Source of the DNA: a virus
Direction: 5' to 3' (one strand)
DNA: 64,000 bases
Virus record (IMG/VR): IMGVR_UViG_3300025108_000024
Span: 1-64,000 of that record
Of the stretch, positions 63,644 to 64,000 are shown one piece after another. Under the pieces are notes generated by a model. That model was not told where the DNA came from, did no database searches, and was given only the letters and a program-made list of their open reading frames with translations. A program made the position numbers and the translations under genes. How positions within the stretch are numbered: the stretch's first letter is position 1; every line of letters starts with the position of its first letter.

Positions 63644-64000
63644 TTAGCATACTGCTATAATACATACTTCAAGCATTCCTGCAGGTATCATATCTGTTTG
63701 TATAACTACCTTCATTTTATCTACTTGTATTATACTGGTATGAACTACTTCTTTTATATCTGCTACTTCTACTTGACCAAATACAGGTTCTTTTGGTTGA
63801 GTTATCATCCACACTTGAACAATAATATGCTCACAGTTAAGACCATGCTCTACCGGAAGTCCTTCTTTAACAAATTCTTCAGCTTGATATTGTTTAACAA
63901 ATCTTTTAGCGGCTTGTCTATTTGCAACTAAATCACTAGCTGCTTTAGGAGTTACTGCTCTTTCAGTATCAGTACCTGCAATTGCTTCAGCACTTGTTGC
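63644..64000 (-). CDS. C-terminal part of a tail fibre-like protein (5' end outside window)
   Basis: Manual translation ATSAEAIAGTDTERAVTP (T4 gp34/gp12-type repeat)...HGLNCEHIIVQVW...LEVCIIAVC*. Confidence 0.8.
   Translation of the reverse strand, partial: ATSAEAIAGTDTERAVTPKAASDLVANRQAAKRFVKQYQAEEFVKEGLPVEHGLNCEHIIVQVWMITQPKEPVFGQVEVADIKEVVHTSIIQVDKMKVVIQTDMIPAGMLEVCIIAVC

Noticed and set aside
63614-63931. Plus-strand 105-aa Tyr-rich ORF
   Set aside because: Antisense to the minus-strand fibre-like ORF 63644-64000.
1-64000. Stop-codon reassignment (TAG/TGA), known in some crAss-like phages
   Set aside because: Genes up to 15 kb are uninterrupted in the standard code, and TAG ends nrdA right after its conserved CxxCEG terminus. 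TGA is simply unused as a stop in the main genes, which alone does not show recoding.
53283-64000. Diversity-generating retroelement or shufflon acting on fibre genes
   Set aside because: No reverse transcriptase or recombinase in the window, and the repeat pairs noticed differ at synonymous positions rather than only at adenines.
1-64000. CRISPR array, tRNA or rRNA genes
   Set aside because: Intergenic gaps are short and explained by promoters, terminators or small ORFs; no regularly spaced repeats or cloverleaf seen.

Overview
AT-rich, gene-dense segment of a crAss-like (Crassvirales-related) tailed phage genome. The host is most likely Bacteroidota/Flavobacteriia, judged from TAnnTTTG-type promoters, A-rich starts without Shine-Dalgarno sites and a flavobacterial-type RNR. 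Almost all genes are on the minus strand. In transcription order: tail-fibre/collagen/lectin genes, Cys-rich structural genes, an insulated metallophosphoesterase, IHF-like protein, two tail ring proteins, muzzle/tail-stabilisation protein, a multi-domain peptidoglycan hydrolase, cargo proteins, a 5054-aa virion RNA polymerase (DFDID) and an 1893-aa cargo protein with a PD-(D/E)XK domain. A plus-strand nrdB-nrdA operon with class Id (Mn2) signatures converges on this block at a bidirectional terminator. The left end holds holin/membrane genes, small basic proteins and fibre proteins that share an N-terminal module. Highlights: (1) a recurring xxG[GA]E motif delimiting modules in putative cargo proteins; (2) an 18-bp stem occluding a start site with a promoter between its arms; (3) a leader-peptide/terminator attenuator upstream of nrdB; (4) a phage-encoded class Id RNR without ATP-cone; (5) small ORFs missing from the supplied track. 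All assignments come from motif recognition by eye; no database searches were run.
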